Assembly (NCBI GenBank): GCA_041663005.1
Contig: JBAZRK010000002.1
Location: 128,740-192,739 of the forward strand
From: Minisyncoccota bacterium
GTDB lineage: Bacteria; Patescibacteriota; Minisyncoccia; Phycocordibacterales; UBA9973
Direction: 5' to 3'
DNA length: 64,000 nucleotides
Within the stretch, counting starts at the first letter, position 1. Each line of letters begins with the position of its first letter. The translations under genes were made by a program, and so were the position numbers. This document shows positions 53,746-62,629 of the stretch, piece by piece. The notes under the pieces were generated by a model. That model had not been told where the DNA came from. It saw only the letters and a list, made by a program, of their open reading frames with translations, and searched no databases.

Positions 53746-54473
53746 AAATAAAAGTTTTATACGAAGATGCAAATATCTTAGCGATAGACAAGCCGTCAGG
53801 TATTTCCGTGCATTCTGATGGAAAGAGCAAAGATAAAACGATTGCTGATTGGGTGCTGAAAAATTATCCAAAGATGAAAAATGTGGGGGAGAACGAAGTG
53901 TATGAATATAAGAATAAAAAAATAGAAATTAAAAAGCCGGGGATAGTTCACCGGCTGGACCGAGACACTTCTGGAGTTTTGCTTTTGGCGAAAAATGAAA
54001 AAACTTACCAACTTCTTAAAAAGCAGTTTCAGGATAGAGAAGTAAGGAAAATTTATATTGCTATTGTGTCGGGTGACATGAAAGACGAAAGAGGAGTCGT
54101 AAACCGAGCAATCGGCCGCAGCCCTCGAGATTTTCGTAGATATTCGGCCGGCCGCGGCGCACGAGGAGAAATGCGAGAAGCAGTCACCCAGTTTCGAGTA
54201 TTAGCTAGATTTAGCGACAAGAAAGGAAATAAATTTACGTACTTAGAAGTTCATCCGAAGACGGGCCGCACGCACCAAATCAGGGTGCATATGAAATATC
54301 TAAACCATCCTATTGTAGGTGACAATTTGTACAACCCCAGCGGAGCTTGCCCGAAAGAAATAAAAAGAATGGCTCTGCATGCAAAATCAATCGAGTTTAG
54401 AAACTTGAAAGGCGAGATGATAAAAGTAGAATCACTTTTACCGAAGGAGTTTGAGAAAGTAGCCAAACCATAA
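53742..54473 (+). CDS. RluA-family pseudouridine synthase
   Basis: HRLDRDTSGVLLLAKN catalytic motif. Start taken at the internal ATG at 53742 (MKIKVLYED), consistent with the 3' end of the previous gene. Confidence 0.85.
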   Translation: MKIKVLYEDANILAIDKPSGISVHSDGKSKDKTIADWVLKNYPKMKNVGENEVYEYKNKKIEIKKPGIVHRLDRDTSGVLLLAKNEKTYQLLKKQFQDREVRKIYIAIVSGDMKDERGVVNRAIGRSPRDFRRYSAGRGARGEMREAVTQFRVLARFSDKKGNKFTYLEVHPKTGRTHQIRVHMKYLNHPIVGDNLYNPSGACPKEIKRMALHAKSIEFRNLKGEMIKVESLLPKEFEKVAKP

Positions 54474-54514
54474 GATTGCCTTTAAAATCCTTTTATGTTA
54501 AAGTGTTTTTTGTT

Positions 54515-54946
54515 ATGGCAGGAAATAAAATAATGAAAATAAAGTTCAGCCCGGTAGATATTGAAGCTCGAAAGAAGCTTGATTTTAAGGCTGGGGACAC
54601 CGTCAACGTATCTTCCAAGATTCTGGACGAAAAAGGCAAATACCGTTTCCAGGCTTTCGAGGGCATTGTGCTCGCTCGGAAGCACGGAGCCGAAGCTGGT
54701 GCTACATTTACCGTGCGTAAAGTAGCCAGTGGCGTCGGTGTGGAAAGAATTTTCCCATTGTTCTCACCGATGATTGATAAAATTGAAATAACTAAGAGGT
54801 CTCGCGCTCGCAGATCCAAGCTCTACTATATCCGCACCAAAGCGGTTAAAGATGTTCGACGCAAGATGCGTTCAGTGGCCCACCAGGCCGACGTAGAAGA
54901 GGTGGCAGCTTCGGAAGAAGTTGTAGCCGAAAAAGCAGCAGAATAA
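54515..54946 (+). CDS. rplS: 50S ribosomal protein L19 with C-terminal extension
   Basis: GDTVNVSSKILDEKGKYRFQAFEGIVLARK…TFTVRKVASGVGVERIFPLFSP…RRSKLYYIR. Confidence 0.9.
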   Translation: MAGNKIMKIKFSPVDIEARKKLDFKAGDTVNVSSKILDEKGKYRFQAFEGIVLARKHGAEAGATFTVRKVASGVGVERIFPLFSPMIDKIEITKRSRARRSKLYYIRTKAVKDVRRKMRSVAHQADVEEVAASEEVVAEKAAE

Positions 54947-55046
54947 TCTGCTATAATACCGTTGCATTTTGCCCCCGATCGCCTGCTCGTAAACTCGCAT
55001 CGGCGATTCCGAAACGGATTGGGGGCAAATCAAAGCAGTTTGATTT

Positions 55047-55133
55047 GCCCAGGTGGCGAAACTGGTAGACGTACTACCTTGAGGTGGTAGCGCCCGCAAG
55101 GGCATGGGAGTTCAAATCTCCCCCTGGGCACCA
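55047..55133 (+). tRNA. tRNA-Leu (anticodon GAG), type II, CCA encoded
   Basis: GCCCAGG acceptor. Anticodon stem-loop CUACC-UUGAGGU-GGUAG. Long variable arm. T-loop GGGAG-UUCAAAU-CUCCC. Preceded by two hairpins at 54961-55046. Confidence 0.9.
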
Positions 55134-55146
55134 GAGATATTTAACT

Positions 55147-56241
55147 ATGTCCTCTTTCACACTCAAAAACCTGAAAGAACTTTTTGATAAATACGAATCT
55201 CATTTGTCCTCCGCGACCTTGGTGCTCGGATTTATTTTTGATTTTCTGACGCTCAAGCGGGTGGATTATATCTGGGACAACGTACTCATAATGCTATACC
55301 TAGTAGTTGCCGGGGCGAGTATCCTGATTATTAATCTTTATGAGTCTGGGAAATTTCGCAATAAATTTACTTCATCGGTCCACGAATTTTTGCCTTTTAC
55401 TTTGCAGTTTGCCTTCGGAGGTCTTTTCAGCGCCTTTACTATTTTTTATTCCAAGAGCTCGTCTTTCGTTTCGAGCGGGATGTTTGTAACGCTGCTGTTC
55501 TTGCTGATGGTGGGGAACGAATTTTTTAAAAAAAGATATCAAAAACTGGCTTTTCAGCTGGGAATATATTTTATGGCGATTTTCTCATTCTCAATCTACT
55601 TCTTGCCCGTACTCATAAAGCGAATGGGGGTCGATATTTTTATCTGGAGTGGGGGCTTAAGCCTCGTTTTCATTAGCTCCTTCGTCCTCTTGATTGCGTG
55701 GCTCGCACCACTTAGGTATAAAGAGAGTTACAAATATATTTTTCTGACTATCGGTGCTATCTGGGTCTCGGTGAACGCGTTATATTTTCTAAATATTATT
55801 CCGCCCATACCGCTATCTCTAAAAACCAGCAACGTTTACCACGGTATCACAAAGTTGCCTCAAGGCGGTTACCAAGTTACAGGGGAGCCGGAAAATTGGG
55901 TTGAAAAATTAAAAATAAACAAGAAAATTCACTTAGATAAGGGTGAAGGCGTTTATGTTTTCAGTTCGGTTTTTGCGCCTGCGGATTTAAATATAAAAAT
56001 TGTTCACAACTGGCAGTATTTCGACAGCTCCACGAGCGAGTGGGTTAGTGCTAGTCGTATAAGCTTCCCGATAGCTGGTGGCAGGGCGCAGGGTTATAGA
56101 GGATTTTCTAAAAAAGAAAATATTTTCCCAGGAGCATGGCGGGTGGACGTCGAAACCGAACGAGGTCAAGTAATCGGGCGAATCAGGTTCGACATTGAGA
56201 TAGGGGATTTCATTCCACAGTTCGAGACGAAAAATATCTAA
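55147..56241 (+). CDS. polytopic membrane protein with C-terminal soluble domain (unknown function)
   Basis: Start at MSSFTL (55147), right after the tRNA. About 7 TM helices. Confidence 0.5.
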   Translation: MSSFTLKNLKELFDKYESHLSSATLVLGFIFDFLTLKRVDYIWDNVLIMLYLVVAGASILIINLYESGKFRNKFTSSVHEFLPFTLQFAFGGLFSAFTIFYSKSSSFVSSGMFVTLLFLLMVGNEFFKKRYQKLAFQLGIYFMAIFSFSIYFLPVLIKRMGVDIFIWSGGLSLVFISSFVLLIAWLAPLRYKESYKYIFLTIGAIWVSVNALYFLNIIPPIPLSLKTSNVYHGITKLPQGGYQVTGEPENWVEKLKINKKIHLDKGEGVYVFSSVFAPADLNIKIVHNWQYFDSSTSEWVSASRISFPIAGGRAQGYRGFSKKENIFPGAWRVDVETERGQVIGRIRFDIEIGDFIPQFETKNI

Positions 56242-56260
56242 AATAGTGTAAAATAGAGAA

Positions 56261-58876
56261 ATGAAAATAGAAAAACAGGCATGGTCCCTTTCAGCCGCTG
56301 AAATTTTCGATACTCTAGAAACATCCGAGCAAGGGATAAGCGAAAAAGAGGCCGCCCGTAGGCTTTCGGAGTATGGGAAAAATGTTTTTCACACCAAGGG
56401 TAAAACTAACCCTATGCTCCTGCTTCTTAAGCAGTTCTTAAGCCCGCTAATATTTCTCTTGCTAGGCTCGGTAACCCTTACCGCAATCCTTCACGAATGG
56501 TTAGATATGGGAGTGGTATTGTTCGCCCTAGTTTTAAACGCTGTACTTGGGTTTTTCCACGAGTACAATGCCGAAAATACGCTAGACAAGCTCAAGACGT
56601 ACATTAAGGACCGGGCTCGGGTCATCAGGGGTGGCGTAGAGCAAGAAATTGATTCGGAATTTTTAGCAATAGGGGATGTCATTAAGCTTTCTTATGGAGC
56701 CCGTGTTCCGGCAGATGCTCGGATAATTTCAGTTAATAACTTTCGGGTGGACGAAGCAATCCTTACTGGCGAAGCGCTGCCGGTGGAAAAGACAGAAGAA
56801 GTTATGCCAATAGGGGCACTGGTGGCCGACCGGGAGAATATTGCACACGCTGGGACTTTGGTTGTGCAAGGTTATGCGATAGCTGTTGTTTGTGCCGTTG
56901 GTGACGATACTGAAATAGGTAAAATCGCCGGTATAGTTTCCAAAACAAATAAAGTAAAAACCCCCCTCCAGAAAGGTGTGGATCGGTTGGCCTGGTTTAT
57001 CTTCTTTGTGGTGATGGTCATCGTGGTTGGAATTTTAATCCTAGGGATATTACGTGGAGAGTCGTTCATTGAAATGCTGCTACTTTCCTCTGCTGTAGCT
57101 GTAGGGGCAGTGCCGGAGTCCCTACCTATTGCGCTTACTGTAATTTTGGCTATTGGCTCACTTCGTATCGCCCAGAAAAGGGGTGTGGTCAGACAGCTTG
57201 CCGCTTCAGAGACATTGGGCTCTACTACGCTTATTATGACAGACAAGACAGGAACGCTCACCTTGGCTGATATGAAGCTTACAGGTATTTATGGAACGCA
57301 CGAGATATTGAAGTCAGACAGAGTCGAAAAAGAATCCGAGTTTTCCGCTGAGCAAAAATCTTTACTGGAGATGGCTCTATATAACGTGGACGTGTCCATC
57401 GAAAATCCGCACGAAGAAAAAGATAAATGGATTTTCAAAGGCCGGCCGTTCGAGGTAAACATTGTGAAGGCCTGTCGAACGCACGAGATACCACTTCAGT
57501 CCTTATCTTCTTCGATTTCGCACATTGTTTTACCGTTTAACTCCACAAATAAATTTTCTGTAGCGGAAAAAGACCAGACCTATATATTAATGGGGGCGCC
57601 GGACATTCTACTCAAGAAGTCCACCCTTTCGAAAGAAGAATTTTTAAAGATCGAGGATTGGATAGAAAAAGAAAGCCGACTCGGAAAGAGGTTAATTGGA
57701 ATAGGAAAAGTGGGTAAACAGCACAAGAAAAAAGAATTTTTAATTGAAGAGATCGAGAGCATTGAATTCCTGGGAATGTTTTCATTCGTTGATCCTATTC
57801 GCCCTAACGTGCCGGCCGCGATCAAAAATATTGAAGCTCACGGCATCAAAATGGTATTGGTGACCGGAGACTTGGTGGGGACCGCTTTGTCTGTGGCCAA
57901 AGACTTAGATTGGCAAGTGGAGGAAGATCAGGTACTGTCGGGGGGAGATGTGCGCGTCTTGTCAGACAAAGAACTCATTCAAATAATTCCTAAAATTAAA
58001 ATATTTGCTCGCGTTACTCCTGAAGATAAATTGCGGATCGGGCAACTCTACCAGGAATTAGGAGAAGTTGTGGCGATGACCGGGGATGGAGTGAATGACG
58101 CCCCAGCGCTAAAGGCTGCGGACATTGGGATTTCACTCGGGAGCGGAAGCGATGTAGCTAAAAGTGCCGCCGACTTGGTGCTTCTCGATGATAACTTTGA
58201 AACCATAAGCCTCGCCATTGACGAAGGCAGGAAAATTCTAGGGAATATTCGAAAGACCTTCGTGTACCTGATGTCGAACTCTCTTGATGAAGTATTCATC
58301 ATAGGCGGGAGTTTGATTTTTGCTTTGCCATTGCCCCTTACTGCGCTCCAGATTATATGGGTGAATCTTTTTACTGGTTCTTTGCCCGCGCTCGCCTTTG
58401 CCTTCGACGAGGACATTGACGGGGAGAGATTTGCCGGCAAAGAACTCACTTTGATTTTTTCCCGCGAAGTTAAAATTCTAACTTTCGGTATCGGAGTCTT
58501 GAGTTCATTACTACTTTTTATTCTTCACTTCGTGATGTATAAAATCGGAGTAGACCCTATGGTTTCCCGGGCCATCTTCTTTGTTTGTTTCTCTTCTTAC
58601 ATACTTTTTATTGCTTTCTCTTTTCGCAGTCTTCGCCAGCCACTCTTTAGTTATAAATTGTTTTCAAACAGCAAATTAAACCTTAGTATTTTCATTTGGA
58701 TTGCTCTCTTAGTCTTCACGATGACAGTGCCGTTTATGCGAAGTATCTTCCATCTACCGCCGTTGCCACTCTATGCATTGCCGTTTATTCTCTTTTGGAT
58801 TGTTTTAAACATTCTCTTGGTGGAAGGAGCGAAGTTTATTCTTCGCAAACATATCACCAAGCCAATTGGCATTTAA
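56261..58876 (+). CDS. P-type cation-transporting ATPase (type II, Ca2+/Mg2+-like)
   Basis: DKTGTLT phosphorylation motif. TGDGVNDAPALKAADIGISLG hinge. TGE motif. Ten predicted TM helices. Confidence 0.9.
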   Translation: MKIEKQAWSLSAAEIFDTLETSEQGISEKEAARRLSEYGKNVFHTKGKTNPMLLLLKQFLSPLIFLLLGSVTLTAILHEWLDMGVVLFALVLNAVLGFFHEYNAENTLDKLKTYIKDRARVIRGGVEQEIDSEFLAIGDVIKLSYGARVPADARIISVNNFRVDEAILTGEALPVEKTEEVMPIGALVADRENIAHAGTLVVQGYAIAVVCAVGDDTEIGKIAGIVSKTNKVKTPLQKGVDRLAWFIFFVVMVIVVGILILGILRGESFIEMLLLSSAVAVGAVPESLPIALTVILAIGSLRIAQKRGVVRQLAASETLGSTTLIMTDKTGTLTLADMKLTGIYGTHEILKSDRVEKESEFSAEQKSLLEMALYNVDVSIENPHEEKDKWIFKGRPFEVNIVKACRTHEIPLQSLSSSISHIVLPFNSTNKFSVAEKDQTYILMGAPDILLKKSTLSKEEFLKIEDWIEKESRLGKRLIGIGKVGKQHKKKEFLIEEIESIEFLGMFSFVDPIRPNVPAAIKNIEAHGIKMVLVTGDLVGTALSVAKDLDWQVEEDQVLSGGDVRVLSDKELIQIIPKIKIFARVTPEDKLRIGQLYQELGEVVAMTGDGVNDAPALKAADIGISLGSGSDVAKSAADLVLLDDNFETISLAIDEGRKILGNIRKTFVYLMSNSLDEVFIIGGSLIFALPLPLTALQIIWVNLFTGSLPALAFAFDEDIDGERFAGKELTLIFSREVKILTFGIGVLSSLLLFILHFVMYKIGVDPMVSRAIFFVCFSSYILFIAFSFRSLRQPLFSYKLFSNSKLNLSIFIWIALLVFTMTVPFMRSIFHLPPLPLYALPFILFWIVLNILLVEGAKFILRKHITKPIGI

Positions 58877-58904
58877 GTCTTTTTCTGTTAGATTTAAAAG
58901 GTAT

Positions 58905-58977
58905 GGTGCCCATGGTGTAATGGTTAACACAGAGGTTTGTGGAACCTCTAATTCGGGTTCAACTCCCGATGGGCACC
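58905..58977 (+). tRNA. tRNA-His (anticodon GUG) with genome-encoded G-1
   Basis: Extra 5' G pairing with discriminator C. D-arm GUGU/ACAC. Anticodon loop UUGUGGA. T-arm UCGGG-UUCAACU-CCCGA. Confidence 0.85.
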
Positions 58978-58980
58978 CAA

Positions 58981-60267
58981 ATGGTTTACGAAATTTTTAT
59001 AGTCTTAATACTCACTTTACTTAATGGTTTTTTCTCGATGAGCGAAATTGCTCTGGTGACCATTAGGAAAACTCGCGTTGGTGCTTTAGTTAAACAAGGA
59101 AACAAGCGCGCCAAGGTGGTCCAATATCTTCAGAAAAATCCCGAAGACCTTTTTGCCACTATTCAAATTGGTATTTCCGTAATCACCATAGCCGCGTCTG
59201 CTTTCGCGGGCGCAAGTCTTGCGGCTGACCTTGAGATGATACTAGAGAAATCTAATTTCAATTTTATTGTTTCTAATTCTTCAACAATAAGTTTTGGACT
59301 TGTGGTCGCTCTAGTGTCATATGTAAACATAACAATAGGAGAATTAATACCTAAGTCCATAGGGCTCAGGTACGCTGAGTCAGTAGCCCTACTGGCAGCT
59401 TATCCGGTGTGGGGACTCTCTAAACTTAGCAGGGGATTAATAAAAATATTAAATGTAAGTTCGAACCTTTTCTTGAAATTATTTAAGGACTCTACTACAT
59501 TTATGGAAAGCAGGTTGTCTGAGGAAGAGATACGGACGCTTATATCTGAAGGAACCAAAGCTGGAACGATAGAGCCTATGGAGCACAGTCTTATCGAAAA
59601 CGTGTTCAATATGTCTGACACAAGCGTTGATAAGATAATGGTGCCCCGCGCCAGCATTACAGCGCTAAATATTGCCGACTCCGGCGAGTTGATTGTCCAA
59701 AAGGCGGTTGAGTCCGGTTATTCGCGTATCCCCATTTATCAAGGGGATTTGAATAATACTATCGGCATACTCTATACCAAAAAACTTTTGCCGGAGCTTA
59801 GAAAAGAAAATCCCGACATCTCGCTGAAAGAATTTCTCGTTCCGCCGTATTTTGTACCGAGTACTATGAAAACGAGCGAGGTTTTAAAAAGAATGCAACG
59901 CAAAAAGGCACACGTAGCGCTCGTCACCAATGAGCACGGGGAAGTTGAAGGGCTAGTGGCCCTAGAAGATGTTCTTGAGGAAATCGTTGGCGATATCGAT
60001 GATGAAATCGACGAGACTGATGTAAAAATTAAAGAAGACAGCATGGGATTTACAGTTTTAGGCAATACATCCATCGTTGATTTCAATAAATATTTCCAAG
60101 CTGATTTGCCCGAGCACGAGAATTTCAATACTGTGGCTGGATTTATTTTAGAAAAATTGGAACGCTTTCCCAAGCCGGGAGATGTAGTAGAGTTCGGAAA
60201 AATTAAATTCACCGTAAAGGAAGCTACTTCGCGCACCATCACGAGCACAGTAATAGAAAAGTTATAA
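58981..60267 (+). CDS. CNNM/CorC/TlyC-family protein (DUF21 TM domain + CBS pair + CorC_HlyC)
   Basis: Start MVYEIFIV just after the tRNA. Four TM helices, then CBS-like and C-terminal transporter-associated domain. Confidence 0.75.
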   Translation: MVYEIFIVLILTLLNGFFSMSEIALVTIRKTRVGALVKQGNKRAKVVQYLQKNPEDLFATIQIGISVITIAASAFAGASLAADLEMILEKSNFNFIVSNSSTISFGLVVALVSYVNITIGELIPKSIGLRYAESVALLAAYPVWGLSKLSRGLIKILNVSSNLFLKLFKDSTTFMESRLSEEEIRTLISEGTKAGTIEPMEHSLIENVFNMSDTSVDKIMVPRASITALNIADSGELIVQKAVESGYSRIPIYQGDLNNTIGILYTKKLLPELRKENPDISLKEFLVPPYFVPSTMKTSEVLKRMQRKKAHVALVTNEHGEVEGLVALEDVLEEIVGDIDDEIDETDVKIKEDSMGFTVLGNTSIVDFNKYFQADLPEHENFNTVAGFILEKLERFPKPGDVVEFGKIKFTVKEATSRTITSTVIEKL

Positions 60268-60294
60268 ATTCACTAATTGGGGCAGTTGGAGATT

Positions 60295-60681
60295 CTACTT
60301 GTCACCCAATTCCTTTTCAAGATTAGAGATTTTTTGCTCTACGCGGTCTAGCGTTGTCTTGATGTCATCGAGCTCTGTTTCTTCGGTTTCGAGTTCCGCC
60401 TTAGCTTTTTCGCTTATCTTTTCTTCGCCTTCGATGCCGGACATAATAATTTTACTTCCAATAAATTCCGAGACGAATACCCCGGTTATAAGTAAAATGA
60501 CGGAGCCGATAACCATTGAAGCTATGCTCCCCAAGTTAAGCTCGTCGGCGATATGCCAGACTCCTCGCCAGAAGAGAACTACACCAATACCTCCTAAAAC
60601 CGCATATAAAATAGGGTAATGGCTTAATTTCCCTCTTACTTTGTCCTCGAGTTTGTCGAAAAATTTTATTAGGCCTTTCAT
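60295..60681 (-). CDS. small membrane protein with C-terminal coiled coil (hypothetical)
   Basis: Start probably MKGLIKFFDKL (60681). Two TM helices, then an acidic coiled coil. Confidence 0.4.
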   Translation of the reverse strand: MKGLIKFFDKLEDKVRGKLSHYPILYAVLGGIGVVLFWRGVWHIADELNLGSIASMVIGSVILLITGVFVSEFIGSKIIMSGIEGEEKISEKAKAELETEETELDDIKTTLDRVEQKISNLEKELGDK

Positions 60682-60733
60682 TGGTGTGCGTTTGTTTGTA
60701 TAATCATAATACATTAAAAAAATAACTATTTCC

Positions 60734-61294
60734 ATGGTTTGGAACAATTCTAATTTAATAGACGCACTGAAGCGAGGCAAGGTGGCGGTGATGCCCACCG
60801 ATACAATATACGGTATTGTCGGCAGGGCAGAAGACAAGGGTGTTGTCGAACGCATTTACCAAGCAAGGCAGCGCGCGCCGGAGAAGCCTTGCATAATCCT
60901 CATTGGAGACATCGCGGAGCTAGAAAAATTTTCCATTAAACTATCGAAAGAACAAAAAAGCAAACTAAAAGAATTTTGGCCTGGGCCAGTGAGCATAGTT
61001 CTAGATTGTCTGGATGATAAATTTTCATATCTCCATCGAGGTACTAAAGGGCTCGCTTTTCGGTTGCCGAAAGACGAAAATCTCAGGAATTTACTAACTC
61101 ACACAGGGCCACTAGTCGCCCCATCGGCTAATAGAGAGGGAGCCCCCCCAGCGCAAAATATTGCCGAAGCGAAAAATTATTTCGGCGACAAAGTAGAGAT
61201 GTATGCTGACGGGGGAACCATACAAGGGTCTCCATCGCGACTCATAAAATTTAATCCTCAAGGAGGAGTCGTTGTGTTGCGAGGACAGAGCTAG
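60734..61294 (+). CDS. tsaC: L-threonylcarbamoyladenylate synthase TsaC/YrdC
   Basis: KRGKVAVMPTDTIYGIVGRA YrdC signature. 186 aa. Confidence 0.85.
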   Translation: MVWNNSNLIDALKRGKVAVMPTDTIYGIVGRAEDKGVVERIYQARQRAPEKPCIILIGDIAELEKFSIKLSKEQKSKLKEFWPGPVSIVLDCLDDKFSYLHRGTKGLAFRLPKDENLRNLLTHTGPLVAPSANREGAPPAQNIAEAKNYFGDKVEMYADGGTIQGSPSRLIKFNPQGGVVVLRGQS

Positions 61295-62580
61295 AGAGAC
61301 TCTACGAATTTCTTAATTCTTCCCATTCCCTCCACGATGTTTTCTTCGGTTGAAACGTAAGAAAAACGCACGAAGTCTTCCGCGAAATCTCCGAAGACCG
61401 GACCTGCCAATATCAGGACATTTGCTTCACGCATAATTCGCTCTGCTAGTTCGGCGGCGGTGATTCCCAATTTATCCAAGAGCCCCCGGACATTGACCAT
61501 AAGGTAGAAAGCTCCCTTCGGAGAGTGGCACTTCATTCCCGGGATTTCGTTTGCCAATTTGACTATCAAATCGCGTCTCTTTTTATATTCGGCGAGCATT
61601 TTATGAACGTCTTCTTGTGGTCCAGTGATAGCTTCAAGTGCGGCGTATTGTGAAATAGCGGAAGGGCAGGAAGTATCGTTGCAGGCGAATTTTTCTAAAG
61701 CCGCGGCCATCTCCTTGTTCTTGGTGACCCCCCAGCCAATGCGGTAGCCAGTCATGGCGTAAGTTTTCGAGCAGCCGTTCAATATTATAGTTCTCTCAGC
61801 CATTCCGGGGATGCTGGCGATTGAAAAATGTTTGCCGTCGTGAACCATTTCGCTGTAAATTTCGTCCGACAATACCCAGAGGTCATTTTCCTTCGCAATC
61901 TCGGCTATTTCTCTGATTGTTTTTTCACTGAAGACTCCGCCCGTAGGATTCTGGGGTGAGTTTAAAATTATGACTTTTGTTTTTTCAGTTACACTTTTTT
62001 TGAGTGTTTCTATGTCAGGGTTAAAGTCATTTTCTTCGGGGAGTGGAAGAGGAACAATTTTACCTCCTAGATATTCTGTGACCGAACCATAAATAGGAAA
62101 GGCCGGGTTGGGAATTATTACCTCATCACCCTCATCGATGAGCGCGTTTAGCATATAGAAAATCACCGGCTTGGCTCCCGACACTACTACTACATCTTCC
62201 GCCAAATACGAGATACCAACTTCGCGACTCATTTTCTCTGCGACCGCTTTTCTTAACTCTGGAATCCCTGGGGTAGGCGTGTAGTGGGTCTTGTTATTGT
62301 TCACAGCATTAATAGCTGCTTGGTTTATGTTTGCAGGGGTATCAAAGCCTGGTTCGCCAATCTGGAGGTATATCAAATTTTTACCTTGAGGCTTAAGCAC
62401 CTCTTCTTCGAATTTTTTCGCCTTACCTATAACAGAAAATGCGTTTTCTGTTCCCAAGCGCGGCAACCTAATAGAAAAGTTTTTCATTCCATTAATAATC
62501 TTATTAATTAATAATTGCCCGCTAAAGGAATCTAACGGGAGTCTTGCCTGTATTGTACTACAATTATCGAAACGTGCCAC
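61291..62580 (-). CDS. class I/II pyridoxal-phosphate-dependent aminotransferase (aspartate/alanine aminotransferase-like)
   Basis: PLP-lysine context NGCSKTYAMTGYRIGW. Probable true start at the internal MKNFSI. Confidence 0.8.
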   Translation of the reverse strand: MARFDNCSTIQARLPLDSFSGQLLINKIINGMKNFSIRLPRLGTENAFSVIGKAKKFEEEVLKPQGKNLIYLQIGEPGFDTPANINQAAINAVNNNKTHYTPTPGIPELRKAVAEKMSREVGISYLAEDVVVVSGAKPVIFYMLNALIDEGDEVIIPNPAFPIYGSVTEYLGGKIVPLPLPEENDFNPDIETLKKSVTEKTKVIILNSPQNPTGGVFSEKTIREIAEIAKENDLWVLSDEIYSEMVHDGKHFSIASIPGMAERTIILNGCSKTYAMTGYRIGWGVTKNKEMAAALEKFACNDTSCPSAISQYAALEAITGPQEDVHKMLAEYKKRRDLIVKLANEIPGMKCHSPKGAFYLMVNVRGLLDKLGITAAELAERIMREANVLILAGPVFGDFAEDFVRFSYVSTEENIVEGMGRIKKFVESL

Positions 62581-62629
62581 TCGACGTCAAAGCTTGTTTA
62601 TGCTCCGTGTTTATTGCTACAATTAAAGG

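Noticed and set aside
54961-55046. Possible ncRNA upstream of tRNA-Leu
   Set aside because: Two simple hairpins (TGCCCCC…GGGGGCA and CAAATCAAA-GCAG-TTTGATTTG). Most economically explained as rplS terminator and tRNA processing structures.
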